64,000 bases of DNA, taken from NCBI GenBank assembly GCA_027317865.1, contig DAHVQG010000002.1, forward strand, positions 128,001 to 192,000, written 5' to 3'. The translations under genes were made by a program, and so were the position numbers. Origin of the DNA: Bdellovibrionales bacterium (GTDB lineage: Bacteria; Bdellovibrionota; Bdellovibrionia; Bdellovibrionales; UBA1609). Under the pieces are notes generated by a model. The model was not told the origin of the DNA. It worked only from the letters and a program-made list of their open reading frames with translations, and did not search any database. Of the stretch, positions 8,305 to 18,713 are shown in pieces (positions within the stretch are counted from its first letter, which is position 1; the number at the start of each line of letters is the position of its first letter).

Positions 8305-9683
8305 CGGTTCACGATTTCTTTGAAGTAGTTACCGCGTTCGACGTAGTTTTCGAACATGTCGAAGCTTGAGCATCCCGGCGAAAGCAAAACCGTGTCGCCT
8401 ATCCGGCTTTTTTGAAATGCGATTAAAACCGCTTCTTCAAAGGTGCCGATAAGAAACGTTTCGGCATAATCGCCGATTTCGCGATTGATACGCTCTTTTG
8501 CTTCGCCGACCAAAATCAGTGTTTTCACTTTTCGCCGGATGATTTCAGCAAGCGGCGTGTACGTCAAATTCGTATCTTTGCCACCCATGATTAGAATCAC
8601 GTTCTCGTCGAATGCGTCGAGCGCACGCCGCACAGATTGCACGTTGGTCGCCTTTGAATCGTTGTAGAATTCAACTCCCCCCACTCGTCGAACGTATTCC
8701 AGCCGGTGCGGCATGCCGGTAAAGTTATCCATCACGTTTTGAATCACTTCGTGGCGTGCGCCGTACTCGCGCGCCGCAAGTAACGCGGCCATCATATTCT
8801 CAACTGAATGGGTACCCTTCATTTTAATATTAGTAAGATTGAAATACTCAATTTCTGGGCCCGTGCGCACATGAACCTTACCTTTAATAGCCACCGCCCC
8901 GCCGATATTCATGATTTGTGGTTCAAGCGCTTGTTTGCGCGAAAAATAAAATATGCGGCCCCTTTGCACAGCCGGATCTCGCGCCAGTTCAACAACAGCG
9001 TTGTCATCGGCGTTTAAAATACTCGTTGTGGATTGGTTGGTATTGAGAAAAATTTTACGTTTTGCATTCACGTATTCTTCCATATTGCGATAACGATCGA
9101 GGTGATTTTCAGCAAGATTCGTAAATACGATGTTTCGCGGAGTAAACGTTTCGGCCAACTCCAACATAAAACTAGAAACTTCGCATACGAGGACCTGCGC
9201 ATCTTGCGGGCCCATCAAATAGTCGGCAAGTGGCGCCCCGTAGTTGCCTCCAAGCCATGCGTTCACGCCCGATTCTTTTAAAAACAAATGCGTCAGGTGC
9301 GAAACCGTCGTCTTGCCGTTTGTACCTGTTATCGCGATCATGGGTTCTTTTACGAACTGGGAGCAAAATTCAAACTCACCCGTTACCTTCACGCCTTGGC
9401 TTCGCGCATAATCGAATATTTTTAAATTCGGGGAAATGCCCGGGCTCAAAACAATTAAATCTTGGTTAAGAAATGTCTTTGGAGTATGCCCGCCCAGCTC
9501 ATAAGTTACCGGTACGCCCTCCATCAGCTCAAGATAACTGGACAGTTCGGCTCGAGACTTGTGATCGCTAACCGTGACGTTGGCTTCATATTTTACAAGA
9601 AACTTTGCGAGTGAAACGCCGGTTCGAGCCATGCCGACAACCAAAATTCGTTTGCCTTTTAGCTCCGACACATCTTTGTACAT
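8295..9683 (-). CDS. murD: UDP-MurNAc-L-Ala--D-glutamate ligase
   Basis: ITGTNGKTT, GGNYG, EVSSF, HLDRY, NDSKATN, LLSPGCSSFD. Confidence 0.96.
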   Translation of the reverse strand: MYKDVSELKGKRILVVGMARTGVSLAKFLVKYEANVTVSDHKSRAELSSYLELMEGVPVTYELGGHTPKTFLNQDLIVLSPGISPNLKIFDYARSQGVKVTGEFEFCSQFVKEPMIAITGTNGKTTVSHLTHLFLKESGVNAWLGGNYGAPLADYLMGPQDAQVLVCEVSSFMLELAETFTPRNIVFTNLAENHLDRYRNMEEYVNAKRKIFLNTNQSTTSILNADDNAVVELARDPAVQRGRIFYFSRKQALEPQIMNIGGAVAIKGKVHVRTGPEIEYFNLTNIKMKGTHSVENMMAALLAAREYGARHEVIQNVMDNFTGMPHRLEYVRRVGGVEFYNDSKATNVQSVRRALDAFDENVILIMGGKDTNLTYTPLAEIIRRKVKTLILVGEAKERINREIGDYAETFLIGTFEEAVLIAFQKSRIGDTVLLSPGCSSFDMFENYVERGNYFKEIVNRFR

Positions 9684-9695
9684 TCCTCAACTCCT

Positions 9696-10772
9696 TTATC
9701 GCAATTTTAACGTTGCGAGACTTAAAACCGCGAGCAATATTGATATAATCCAAAATCGAACGATGATCTTGGTCTCATCAAGCCCTTTTAACTCAAAATG
9801 ATGATGAAGCGGCGCCATTCTAAAAATCCGCTTGCCGGTCAATTTAAACGACACAACTTGGGTAATGACTGAAAGCGCTTCAACGACAAACACTCCGCCG
9901 AGTACAACCATTAAGAGTTCATTGCTTGTAAAAACAGCCATTATGCCGAGAAAGGCGCCGAGCGAAAGGCTCCCCACATCGCCCATGAAAACTTGCGCCG
10001 GGTAAGTGTTAAACCATAAAAACCCAAGGCCAGCCGCCATTACGGCCGCTGCAACGGGAGCCAATTCGCCTGCGCCGATAAGGTGCGGAATATTTAAGTA
10101 AGTCGCGATGTCCTTGTTCCCGGTCACGTAGGCAAATACTCCAAGGGTCGCGGCCACGATGATGACCGGAAAAATCGCAAGACCATCAAGGCCGTCGGTC
10201 AGATTCACAGCGTTAGCTGTCCCAACAACGACAATCCCCGCGAAAAACGGATAAACCCATCCAAGATCGAGAGCAACCTGCTTAAAAAACGGAACATGCA
10301 ATGTGGTCCCAATAATGCCCGCGTGAACAAGTTCAGAAACACAACCGATGGCCACGATAAATTCAAGAAGTAACCGGAACCGACCCGATAAACCCTTCGT
10401 GTTTTTCTTGTTCACTTTAAGCCAATCGTCGGCGTAACCGATGAGCCCAAAAGCCAGGGTGATAAGCAGCGTCGAGATAACCAACCAATTTCTGAGATTC
10501 ATCCATAAAAGCGCCGACACGCCGATCGAAATGAGCATGAGAGTTCCGCCCATTGTCGGTGTGCCTTGCTTTTTTAAATGCGTTTGCGGCCCGTCATCGC
10601 GTACATTCTGACCGAAATGCCGTTTCACTAAATGCCTAATGAATCGCGGCCCCATTAAGTAGCAAACAAGAAAAGTTGTAAAAAATGATACAAATGCGCG
10701 AAACGTGATGTAGCGAAAAACGTTGAAGGCTGAAATGTAAACAGTTAGCTTTTCAAGACAATGATAGAACAT
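9696..10772 (-). CDS. mraY: Phospho-MurNAc-pentapeptide transferase
   Basis: [34 protein letters not shown]; start moved to ATG 10772. Confidence 0.97.
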   Translation of the reverse strand: MFYHCLEKLTVYISAFNVFRYITFRAFVSFFTTFLVCYLMGPRFIRHLVKRHFGQNVRDDGPQTHLKKQGTPTMGGTLMLISIGVSALLWMNLRNWLVISTLLITLAFGLIGYADDWLKVNKKNTKGLSGRFRLLLEFIVAIGCVSELVHAGIIGTTLHVPFFKQVALDLGWVYPFFAGIVVVGTANAVNLTDGLDGLAIFPVIIVAATLGVFAYVTGNKDIATYLNIPHLIGAGELAPVAAAVMAAGLGFLWFNTYPAQVFMGDVGSLSLGAFLGIMAVFTSNELLMVVLGGVFVVEALSVITQVVSFKLTGKRIFRMAPLHHHFELKGLDETKIIVRFWIISILLAVLSLATLKLR

Positions 10773-10777
10773 TCGAT

Positions 10778-12205
10778 CTACTTCTTTAACGGTTGAAACG
10801 ACGGGTCCCACGCGAGTAACACTCGCTCAAGCCGCATGCCGCGCGAACCCTTCATCACGACGATGTCCTTAGGATTTAACATGGAGCGAACTTTCATTGC
10901 AAGTGATTCTTCGTAACCATTTGAAATGAAATATGTTTTTGAAAAACCAGAACGCTTGAGCCCGCGTTCAAAAGCCGCGTTGTCTTCGCCGAAAAACCAC
11001 ACCACGGCAATATCCGATTGCCCCACTAATTCACCCAATTCTTCGTGATAGCGAGGTGAATCCGCTCCGAGCTCGAGCATTTGCCCGAAAATTGCCACTT
11101 TTTTAACGCCGGCTTCTAATGACATTTCGAAAAAATTGCGAACAAGCATGCTCACGCTGTCCGGGTTCGCGTTATAAGCATCAAAAATTACCGTTGTTCC
11201 ATTCGGCAGCTTCACCAGTTGATTGCGCCCCCATTGACCACGACAAAGCGAAAGAGCCTGCCATATTTTTTCAGGTTCCATCCCCATTACTAGAGCCAGG
11301 CTGGCAGCCGCCATTAGGTTAACAACATTGTGCCGGCCGAACACCGGGACCGTCGCTTCACCTTTGACACCCTTGATGTGCCCCACAACGTGAAGGCCAG
11401 ACATTTGCATCCGATCAGCGCGAAAACCCACTTCTGCTCCCGCGCTAAACGACGAAAACGCCAACGTGCGTTCCGGGCCCTGACGTTTTGCCACACGATC
11501 AAACATTTTCATCGTGTATTCGTTGTCGGTGTTAAAAATTTTGATAGCGCCAGGGTTCGCAAGATAAATTTCTTCTTTCGCATCAGCGACTTTTTGTTGG
11601 TCACCACCAAAATTACCTATGTGCGCACGCCCAACGGTAGTACATAAAACCACGTCAGGCTCAGCAATTTTTGAAAGTTGAGTCAGTTCGCCGGAGTGGT
11701 TCATGCCCATCTCCACAAGAACCACATCGTCTCCACGGCTGGCACTAAGCAGAGTTAGTGGCACTCCCCAGTGATTGTTAAAACTTCCGTGACTCACGCA
11801 CACCTTAAACTGTGTGCCCAAAATTGTGGCGGCAAATTCTTTTGTCGAAGATTTGCCATTTGAACCAGTAACGCCAAATACTTTGGCTTCGAGTCGATGC
11901 CGCCAATCCCGCGCCAACTCTTGTAGCGCCCGCAGGGTATCGGCCACGCGCACAACCGTCACTTGCGATTTCAATTCATTTAATTCGGGAGTCTCGCGAT
12001 GAACAATTAAACACTTCGCCCCGCCCAAAACGGCTTGGCTTAAATAATCGTGAGCATCAAATTTTTCGCCAACAAGCGCGAAAAAAATTTGCCCGTCTAT
12101 GTGCCGGCTGTCCGTGCTCACGCCGGTAAATTCCGTGCCGTGGGTTGAAAGCGTTTCGCCACAAACGGCGGCACGAAGAGACTCAATTGTAAATTCGCAT
12201 GGCAT
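10778..12205 (-). CDS. murF: UDP-MurNAc-tripeptide--D-Ala-D-Ala ligase
   Basis: [38 protein letters not shown]; start moved to ATG 12205. Confidence 0.95.
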   Translation of the reverse strand: MPCEFTIESLRAAVCGETLSTHGTEFTGVSTDSRHIDGQIFFALVGEKFDAHDYLSQAVLGGAKCLIVHRETPELNELKSQVTVVRVADTLRALQELARDWRHRLEAKVFGVTGSNGKSSTKEFAATILGTQFKVCVSHGSFNNHWGVPLTLLSASRGDDVVLVEMGMNHSGELTQLSKIAEPDVVLCTTVGRAHIGNFGGDQQKVADAKEEIYLANPGAIKIFNTDNEYTMKMFDRVAKRQGPERTLAFSSFSAGAEVGFRADRMQMSGLHVVGHIKGVKGEATVPVFGRHNVVNLMAAASLALVMGMEPEKIWQALSLCRGQWGRNQLVKLPNGTTVIFDAYNANPDSVSMLVRNFFEMSLEAGVKKVAIFGQMLELGADSPRYHEELGELVGQSDIAVVWFFGEDNAAFERGLKRSGFSKTYFISNGYEESLAMKVRSMLNPKDIVVMKGSRGMRLERVLLAWDPSFQPLKK

Positions 12206-12209
12206 TTTT

Positions 12210-13715
12210 TTATTCCTGCAAATAACTTCGCGCGATCTCTCGATCATCCATATCAACGCGGCGGTCACCCACAATTTGATATGTTTCGTGACCTTTGCCC
12301 GCAATCAAAACGACATCTTCGGCAACTGCCCGTTTAATGGCCTTCCCGATACACTCTTTACGGTCTACTTCAACAAAAACTTTGGAGTTCATCAACTCTG
12401 TCGGCACTCCGTCTAAAATATCTCGAATGATTTCAACCGGCGCTTCGCTTCGAGGATTATCAGAGGTCACAAAAACGAGATCCGAATTTTCAATCGCAGC
12501 TTTTGCCATAAGAGGGCGCTTGCCTTTATCGCGATCGCCGCCGCAGCCAAATACCGTCAGGATTCGCGACTTCAATTGAGCACGTTCGCGAATCGCTTGT
12601 AGGGCGCGCAAAACCTCTCTTAAAGCGTCGTCCGTATGCGCGTAATCAACGAGTACATGAAGACCGCGAGTATTCGGAACCGGCTGCAACCGACCTGGCA
12701 CGCCGTTAAACTTTTTAATGGCGTGCGCACAAGTTTCAAGAGATGCGCCCGCGCGAACGCCAACCGCAATCGCCGCAACCACATTGTAAACATTGTGCCG
12801 GCCTAGTAGGGGGCTATCGACTTCGATCTCGCCTTGGCGCGTGACCAAACGAAAACGCGTTCCTTTAAAATTCATTTCTAGAATTTGAAACTGAAAGTCA
12901 CAGTGAGTTTCGCCGTAACCGCAACGCCGAACACCTTGACCGAGCTCGAGCTTTCGCCCCCATTCGTCGTCGAGGTTAATAACAGCTAGCTTAAGCGCCG
13001 GTTCAGTTTGCAACCCAGAAATTGTTCTCGCTTGCGGTCGAAACAGTCGTTCTTTGGCGCGAAAATAGTTCGCCATTGTCACGTGATAATCGAGGTGATC
13101 TCGCGTTAAGTTTGTGAAAACCGCAACTTCAAATGGAATACTTACCGCTCTGTCTTGGTCAAGCGCCTGACTAGAAACTTCCATTACCAGTGCTTTTGCA
13201 CCCAGATCGCGAAACTCACGCAAGCGCTTTTGCAACGTTACCGGCTCCGGTGAAGTGAGATTTGTTGGCCAAACGCGATCAGCCAGATGATGATCGACCG
13301 TACCGATGACGCCCGTTTTCATACCGAAGTCGTTTAATATCGCTTCAATAAGAAAGGCCGTGCTGGTTTTGCCGTTTGTACCGGTCACTCCCACGCAAAA
13401 AAGTGACCGGGCCGGGTCACCGTAAAAGCGTGCCGCAAGTTCGCCGAGAGCTATGCGTGAATTTGCGACTTTCAAAACTCCACCCGTAAAACTTGCCGGC
13501 ACAGCCGACTCGTCTTCGACGACAACGGCCGCGACATTTCGAGCGCAAACGTCTTGTAAGTAACGATGTCCGTCGTGGGAGCGTCCGCGTACCGCGACAA
13601 AAACATCCCCTGCTTTAGCGGTCCGCGAATCGCTTGTGATAGACGAAATTTCACAAAAGGGTTTATTACCCAATTTAAATTGCGACGAGATGCTGAAGAG
13701 TTCGGTGAGCGTCAA
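12210..13715 (-). CDS. murE: UDP-MurNAc-dipeptide--meso-DAP ligase
   Basis: VTGTNGKTS, DYAHT, FGCGGDRD, DNPR (DAP-specific), AGKGHE. Confidence 0.96.
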   Translation of the reverse strand: MTLTELFSISSQFKLGNKPFCEISSITSDSRTAKAGDVFVAVRGRSHDGHRYLQDVCARNVAAVVVEDESAVPASFTGGVLKVANSRIALGELAARFYGDPARSLFCVGVTGTNGKTSTAFLIEAILNDFGMKTGVIGTVDHHLADRVWPTNLTSPEPVTLQKRLREFRDLGAKALVMEVSSQALDQDRAVSIPFEVAVFTNLTRDHLDYHVTMANYFRAKERLFRPQARTISGLQTEPALKLAVINLDDEWGRKLELGQGVRRCGYGETHCDFQFQILEMNFKGTRFRLVTRQGEIEVDSPLLGRHNVYNVVAAIAVGVRAGASLETCAHAIKKFNGVPGRLQPVPNTRGLHVLVDYAHTDDALREVLRALQAIRERAQLKSRILTVFGCGGDRDKGKRPLMAKAAIENSDLVFVTSDNPRSEAPVEIIRDILDGVPTELMNSKVFVEVDRKECIGKAIKRAVAEDVVLIAGKGHETYQIVGDRRVDMDDREIARSYLQE

Positions 13716-13718
13716 TAA

Positions 13719-14264
13719 TTAAGCCTTTTCAATCACAGCCAAGATTTCAGACCAATTATGACATTCGAAATGGGCCGTGGCAAAATCAGGTTCAAAACTA
13801 AAATTATCCGAGTGGGATTGTCGAAAAAATATCGTTCGACAGCCCGCGCGCCGGCCCGCTTCGACATCACTTGGTTTATCGCCAATCATCCAGCTCGTTG
13901 ATAGATCGATGTTGTACTCTTGGGCGGCCAATAAAATCAGGCCGGGATTCGGTTTTCTGTTGAAATCGTCGCTACCCGAGGCGGCCTGCGAGACATATAC
14001 CGCCATGAGATCCACACCGTTTTGCGCAAGCTCCGCCCGTATGCGTTCGTGAATTGCATTCATATTCAATAAATCCACTTTGCCGCTTGCAATGCCCGAT
14101 TGGTTAGTTATTAAACAAAACTCAAAACCACAGTCGCGGAGCCTGCGTAAGGCTTCTATGGAGTTGGGTTGCATTTCGACAAGATTCGCGTCATTGAGGT
14201 AATTGCGCTCAATGATCAAGGTGCCGTCGCGGTCTAAAAATATGACCTTCCGTTTGCCAATCAT
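13719..14264 (-). CDS. gmhB: D-glycero-D-manno-heptose 1,7-bisphosphate phosphatase (HAD IIIA)
   Basis: FLDRDGT, TNQSG, RKPNPG, MIGDKPSD. Confidence 0.8.
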   Translation of the reverse strand: MIGKRKVIFLDRDGTLIIERNYLNDANLVEMQPNSIEALRRLRDCGFEFCLITNQSGIASGKVDLLNMNAIHERIRAELAQNGVDLMAVYVSQAASGSDDFNRKPNPGLILLAAQEYNIDLSTSWMIGDKPSDVEAGRRAGCRTIFFRQSHSDNFSFEPDFATAHFECHNWSEILAVIEKA

Positions 14265-15214
14265 TCCGCTAACTTCTTTTCTCCAAAGGGGTGACTCGAC
14301 TCCATTGTTCGGGCTAGACCATCTATGGTCAGGTGTAGATAACGCTCCGTCGCGGCAAGCGAAGCATGACCGAGAAGCTCCTGCAGAACACGCAAATCAG
14401 TACCTCCAGATAACATGTGAGTGGCAAAACTGTGGCGCAAAGCGTGCGGATGAAGCGGTTTGAGTAGCCCCGCTTTCACTCCACTTTGACGAATGATTTC
14501 ATAGGCGGCTCGCGTGTTAAGCGGCTTTTCGCCAAAAACATACTCACCTTGTTGGGGGGTTTGGCTCAAGGCGTTTGCGAGCACGGGAACCATAGCAATT
14601 TTTCTTTCTTTGCCGCCTTTACCCAATATGACAAGCGAACGATCTGACAAATCAACGTTTGACCATTTTAAATTGGCCGCCTCAGAGACGCGTAAACCTG
14701 CGCCATAGAGGAGTAGAACAAGCAATCGATCACGTCTAGAATGCCGGTCATTGTGTTTGCTCAGTGTTTTTAGGAGCGCAAGGGCTTCATCAAGCGAAAG
14801 AAAATGCGGGACTCTGCCCGGAACTTTCGGAGAAATGAGCTGCGCCGACAAGTCTTGGTCAATAAGCCCCTCCGCCAGTAACCATTTAAAAAAACTTTTA
14901 AGGCAGGCAATTTTGCGATTCCGCGACGCTGGGCTTAAGTTGCACCATTTAACTTGCGCTTTTCTGATGAGTTCAAGTAAAAGAGGGACCAGTTCCGTAG
15001 AGTTGCCATAAGATATTTTTGCAGTTGAAGCGGACTTGGCTATCCAACGCCCTTTTTGAAAAATAATCGCTTCAGCTTCTAAAGGTTGCAAAAATTGGTT
15101 GAGATCGTTGGCATAAGATTTGGATGTTAATGGTTGAACTGTTCGAGTTTCGGAACGTAAATTCAGATAGTTAGAAGCTAACTCGGACAATTTTTGTTCT
15201 TTTTTCGGTGACAT
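14261..15214 (-). CDS. xerC: XerC/XerD-family tyrosine recombinase
   Basis: GLRVSE, GKGGKER, HPHALRHSFATH, LLGH, TERY catalytic set; start moved to ATG 15214; XerC versus XerD not resolved. Confidence 0.8.
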   Translation of the reverse strand: MSPKKEQKLSELASNYLNLRSETRTVQPLTSKSYANDLNQFLQPLEAEAIIFQKGRWIAKSASTAKISYGNSTELVPLLLELIRKAQVKWCNLSPASRNRKIACLKSFFKWLLAEGLIDQDLSAQLISPKVPGRVPHFLSLDEALALLKTLSKHNDRHSRRDRLLVLLLYGAGLRVSEAANLKWSNVDLSDRSLVILGKGGKERKIAMVPVLANALSQTPQQGEYVFGEKPLNTRAAYEIIRQSGVKAGLLKPLHPHALRHSFATHMLSGGTDLRVLQELLGHASLAATERYLHLTIDGLARTMESSHPFGEKKLAE

Positions 15215-15252
15215 TATTTGGCCCCACAAAAAAGAATAAAAAAGAAAAAAGC

Positions 15253-15281
15253 TTGCAGAAATTTCAGTAATTTGTTATACA
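15253..15281 (+). promoter_or_regulatory. sigma70-like promoter for the sigma54 activator
   Basis: TTGCAG-N17-TATACA with extended TG and an upstream A tract. Confidence 0.45.
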
Positions 15282-15326
15282 TTGCGTCATAAACCCGGCT
15301 TATGCCCATAAAAAGAGGTTGAACGT

Positions 15327-16376
15327 ATGTCGGAAGTCGAAAAGTCATCTTATCTACCGTCGTCGAACGAAAATCAAACGCTTGTTCCACATGCTAAAAT
15401 TCTAGAGGACAGTCCGATTATCTACAAGTCGGAGGCTATGCGCCAACTTATGCGTATGGTGGAACGCGTAGCACCGTCACAGGCAACCGTTTTGGTTCTG
15501 GGTGAATCCGGCACCGGAAAAGAACTGATTGCGCAGCATATTCATAAAAATTCGGGCCGACGCGATAAACCGTTTGTTGCAATTAACTGTGGTGCATTAC
15601 GCGAGACACTTCTTGAGTCTGAGTTGTTTGGTCATGAACGTGGAGCCTTCACCGGCGCCTACGCCAGAAAAATTGGTTTAGCTGAAGTCGCAAATGGCGG
15701 CACGCTGTTTTTAGATGAAATCGGCGAGTTAAGCCCCGGCATACAATCTAAACTCCTTCGTTTCTTACAAGAGGGCGAAATTTTTCGCGTTGGCGGCAAA
15801 GATCCGATTAAAGTAGATATCCGTTTGATATCGGCAACAAATCGCGAACTCGAAAAGGAAGTTCTGCGCGGAAATTTTCGGGAAGATCTTTTTTATCGCA
15901 TTAACACCATTATGGTTCAAACACCGCCCCTGCGTCGACGCAAAGAGGATATTCCGCTTCTTGTGGAACATTTTCTTGCCAAAGGCGCCAACGCGATTCT
16001 CGGTCGCGGCCGGCAAATGAGCGAAGAAGCGATGAAAATCATGATGAAATATGATTGGCCGGGCAATATTCGAGAGTTGCAAAATACTTGCGAACGATTG
16101 CAGATTTTGTCAGAGGGCCACACGGTGATGCCCAATGACCTCCCCGAGCATATTCGAAATCCCGAGTATAAAGCTGTTATCGACGATTACGATCCCACTC
16201 TGACTGTTCATGAACTTGAGAGACGCTATATCTTGAAGGCGCTCAATTATTTTGACGGCAACAAAACGCAAGCTGCAAACGCCCTCGGGATTACGATCAA
16301 AACACTCTACAACAAGTTGCACGAATACGGTGAGTTTGAAAAATTCGCCGTTCACACAAAAATAAAAGAATCCTAA
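15327..16376 (+). CDS. sigma54-dependent enhancer-binding protein (AAA+ plus Fis HTH, no receiver domain)
   Basis: GESGTGKE, GAFTGA, FLDEIGE, WPGNIREL, GNKTQAANALGI..LYNKL; only about 30 aa precede the AAA+ domain. Confidence 0.93.
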   Translation: MSEVEKSSYLPSSNENQTLVPHAKILEDSPIIYKSEAMRQLMRMVERVAPSQATVLVLGESGTGKELIAQHIHKNSGRRDKPFVAINCGALRETLLESELFGHERGAFTGAYARKIGLAEVANGGTLFLDEIGELSPGIQSKLLRFLQEGEIFRVGGKDPIKVDIRLISATNRELEKEVLRGNFREDLFYRINTIMVQTPPLRRRKEDIPLLVEHFLAKGANAILGRGRQMSEEAMKIMMKYDWPGNIRELQNTCERLQILSEGHTVMPNDLPEHIRNPEYKAVIDDYDPTLTVHELERRYILKALNYFDGNKTQAANALGITIKTLYNKLHEYGEFEKFAVHTKIKES

Positions 16377-16389
16377 AACGCGAGCTCTT

Positions 16390-16422
16390 GCGCAAACGCC
16401 ATTTCAAATTTGGCGTTTGCGC
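16390..16422. terminator. Hairpin between convergent bEBP and ftsI
   Basis: Perfect 12-bp stem GCGCAAACGCCA-N9-TGGCGTTTGCGC. Confidence 0.65.
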
Positions 16423-16460
16423 GATCGAATGAATATTAGCGGCCGATATATAAACCTATT

Positions 16461-18422
16461 TTATTGATCTTTTAAATAAACGCTCACGCGTTTATTCGCT
16501 GGCAACGCATCTCCGGCTGGCGGCACGGTCATCGACACAACACCATTGCCGTGAATTTGTATATGAATCGGCATACCCCGTATTTCGTTGAGAACTTCAC
16601 GCAACGTTAGACCTGTGAAATTTGGGGTTTGATTTTTTTCTTCGGCGGCAAGCACCTGCGCCATTCGACGTATTCTTGCGATGGATTGAGCTTGTGTAGC
16701 TGCGTCTCTAGCGATGGCCGAATTATTCAAAATGCTCTTTCGAGTTAACAATACCGGCGGCAAAGCGGCGCGCTGAACCGCAAAGCTAGCTATTTCTGAA
16801 AAAACGGGGGCTGCCACTTCGGCGCCGTAGTAACCGTCACGCGGATGATTGACGACAATGTAAATTACAAATCGCGGATCATTCGCAGGTAGAAAGCCGA
16901 CAAAGCTCGCAATATAGTCGCCACTTACATAACCCTTACCGGGAACCGCAACTTGGGCTGTCCCCGTTTTACCGGCAACCGGATATCCAGACACGCGCGC
17001 ATTATACCCGGTACCTTCACTCGTGGTCACCATGCTGAGCATGAGGCGCATAGTTGACGCCACTTCTGGAGATATCACTCGGCGAATAATATGCGACTTG
17101 ATTTTTATATGTTTGCCCGTTTGTTCATTCACAAGTTCACTCACGATTCGCGGCGTTCGCAAAATTCCGCCGTTAGCGATTGCCGCGTATGCGTCCGCAA
17201 TTTGAAGTGCCGTTGCCTCAACGCCTTGACCAAAAGCAATATTGGCAAGACGAATTTTTCGCCATGGTAAGGGCTTCACAAATCCGCCAGACTCGCCAGG
17301 TAAACTAACCCCAAGAGGTTTGCCAAATCCAAAATCTTTGAGCGCTTCGCGAACGCGGGCGGCGCCCATAGCAAACGCCACTTTTGCCGCGCCTATATTT
17401 GATGATTTCATCAAAATTTGCGTCGTAGTGAGCCAACCGAACGGAGTATCCGCTTCATGAATTATATGCCCGTCGATTAACATATGACCGTTGTCGCAAA
17501 AGGTTCGCGTGTTCGGTTTAATAATTCCTTCTTCGATTGCTTTCGAAAAAATAAGCGGCTTTACAACACTGCCCGGTTCAAATGCGTCCGTTACGACACG
17601 ATCGCGCCAAAGAGACGGTTTCGCATCCCACGCTCGGTTGGGATTAAATGTCGGCACAGTCGCAATAGCTAAAATGTTGGAGTTTTGGGCGTCAAGCACG
17701 ACGCCGGTGGCGCTGTCAGCCTCATGGATGCGAACGGTCTTCTCTAATTCTTGCTCCAGTTTAAACTGCAGCTCGGCATCGACCGTCAGGTGAAGGTCGT
17801 AACCGGCCGGGGTGTCCGTAAAAATTTTGCCATTTACAAGTAGCGGACGGCCGCGCGCATCTCGCTCAAGTACAACCGTACGGCCCTTGCCTTTTAACAA
17901 ATGATCGTATTGTAATTCAAGACCAGACAATCCCCTGCCGTCTTCGCCAACAAATCCCAAGACTTGCGAGAGTAAATTGCCGTTTGGATAGACGCGGTCT
18001 GGCTCCTGAATTGCTGCAAGCCCCTTTAAATGCAGGCGCATCAATGAAGCAACAAATTGTTTTTTGAGATGACGATCGATCCACACGAATTGTTTGCTTC
18101 GATCGCGGATCTTTTGATAAATGAAATTCGGCGAGTAACCGAGTCGCCGAGCCAAAATATGATCAAAGGTCCATTGATTGCGAATTTCTTTCGGATCGGC
18201 ATATAGCGAGTAACTCGGCACCGTAACTGCAAGCTCTTTGCCGTTCCGGTCAAAAATCACCCCGCGCCGCGCGGGCAGATCAATTCGCGTTCTATACTGG
18301 CTCCGCTCGAGTTCCGCAAGCCGCTTGTTTGGCAAAATTTGGAGTTGAGTCGCGCGCGCGATGATCACGCACCACCCAACTATTAGTCCAAAAAATAAAA
18401 CGAAAAACCGCGACTTTACCAT
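16461..18422 (-). CDS. ftsI: Class B penicillin-binding protein with PASTA domain (FtsI)
   Basis: RGVIFDRNG, EPGSVVK (SxxK), SSN, KTGTAQ; follows mraZ-rsmH-ftsL. Confidence 0.93.
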   Translation of the reverse strand: MVKSRFFVLFFGLIVGWCVIIARATQLQILPNKRLAELERSQYRTRIDLPARRGVIFDRNGKELAVTVPSYSLYADPKEIRNQWTFDHILARRLGYSPNFIYQKIRDRSKQFVWIDRHLKKQFVASLMRLHLKGLAAIQEPDRVYPNGNLLSQVLGFVGEDGRGLSGLELQYDHLLKGKGRTVVLERDARGRPLLVNGKIFTDTPAGYDLHLTVDAELQFKLEQELEKTVRIHEADSATGVVLDAQNSNILAIATVPTFNPNRAWDAKPSLWRDRVVTDAFEPGSVVKPLIFSKAIEEGIIKPNTRTFCDNGHMLIDGHIIHEADTPFGWLTTTQILMKSSNIGAAKVAFAMGAARVREALKDFGFGKPLGVSLPGESGGFVKPLPWRKIRLANIAFGQGVEATALQIADAYAAIANGGILRTPRIVSELVNEQTGKHIKIKSHIIRRVISPEVASTMRLMLSMVTTSEGTGYNARVSGYPVAGKTGTAQVAVPGKGYVSGDYIASFVGFLPANDPRFVIYIVVNHPRDGYYGAEVAAPVFSEIASFAVQRAALPPVLLTRKSILNNSAIARDAATQAQSIARIRRMAQVLAAEEKNQTPNFTGLTLREVLNEIRGMPIHIQIHGNGVVSMTVPPAGDALPANKRVSVYLKDQ

Positions 18423-18428
18423 TTCCGC

Positions 18429-18713
18429 TTATTGCCGAAGCGCAATGTTTGAACCCGACATGTGAATCACTTGCCCCGGAAGAGGCTCGTCCATCGTCAA
18501 TTGATTGATCGCGACAGATTGAAGATGTTCCGGCCGCAGTATTCGCGTTAAGCGCAACGATTGAAGTTGATAGTGATCCTCTAAACTTTTGTATTTTATT
18601 GCTTGCTTGAGTACGACATAGCCCATCCGCCGAACTTCAAGCTGAAAGAATACCATCGTAAAAAGTGCGACGATAATAATCAATACGCTCGCAAGAGGTT
18701 TAAATTGACTCAT
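18429..18713 (-). CDS. ftsL: FtsL-like cell division protein
   Basis: Small TM plus coiled-coil protein between rsmH and ftsI; positional call. Confidence 0.65.
   Translation of the reverse strand: MSQFKPLASVLIIIVALFTMVFFQLEVRRMGYVVLKQAIKYKSLEDHYQLQSLRLTRILRPEHLQSVAINQLTMDEPLPGQVIHMSGSNIALRQ

Noticed and set aside
14261-15214. Tyrosine recombinase as a prophage or island integrase
   Set aside because: Size and motifs fit housekeeping XerC/D; it is coupled to gmhB-murE; no att repeats, tRNA or phage genes nearby. No dif-like site was spotted either.
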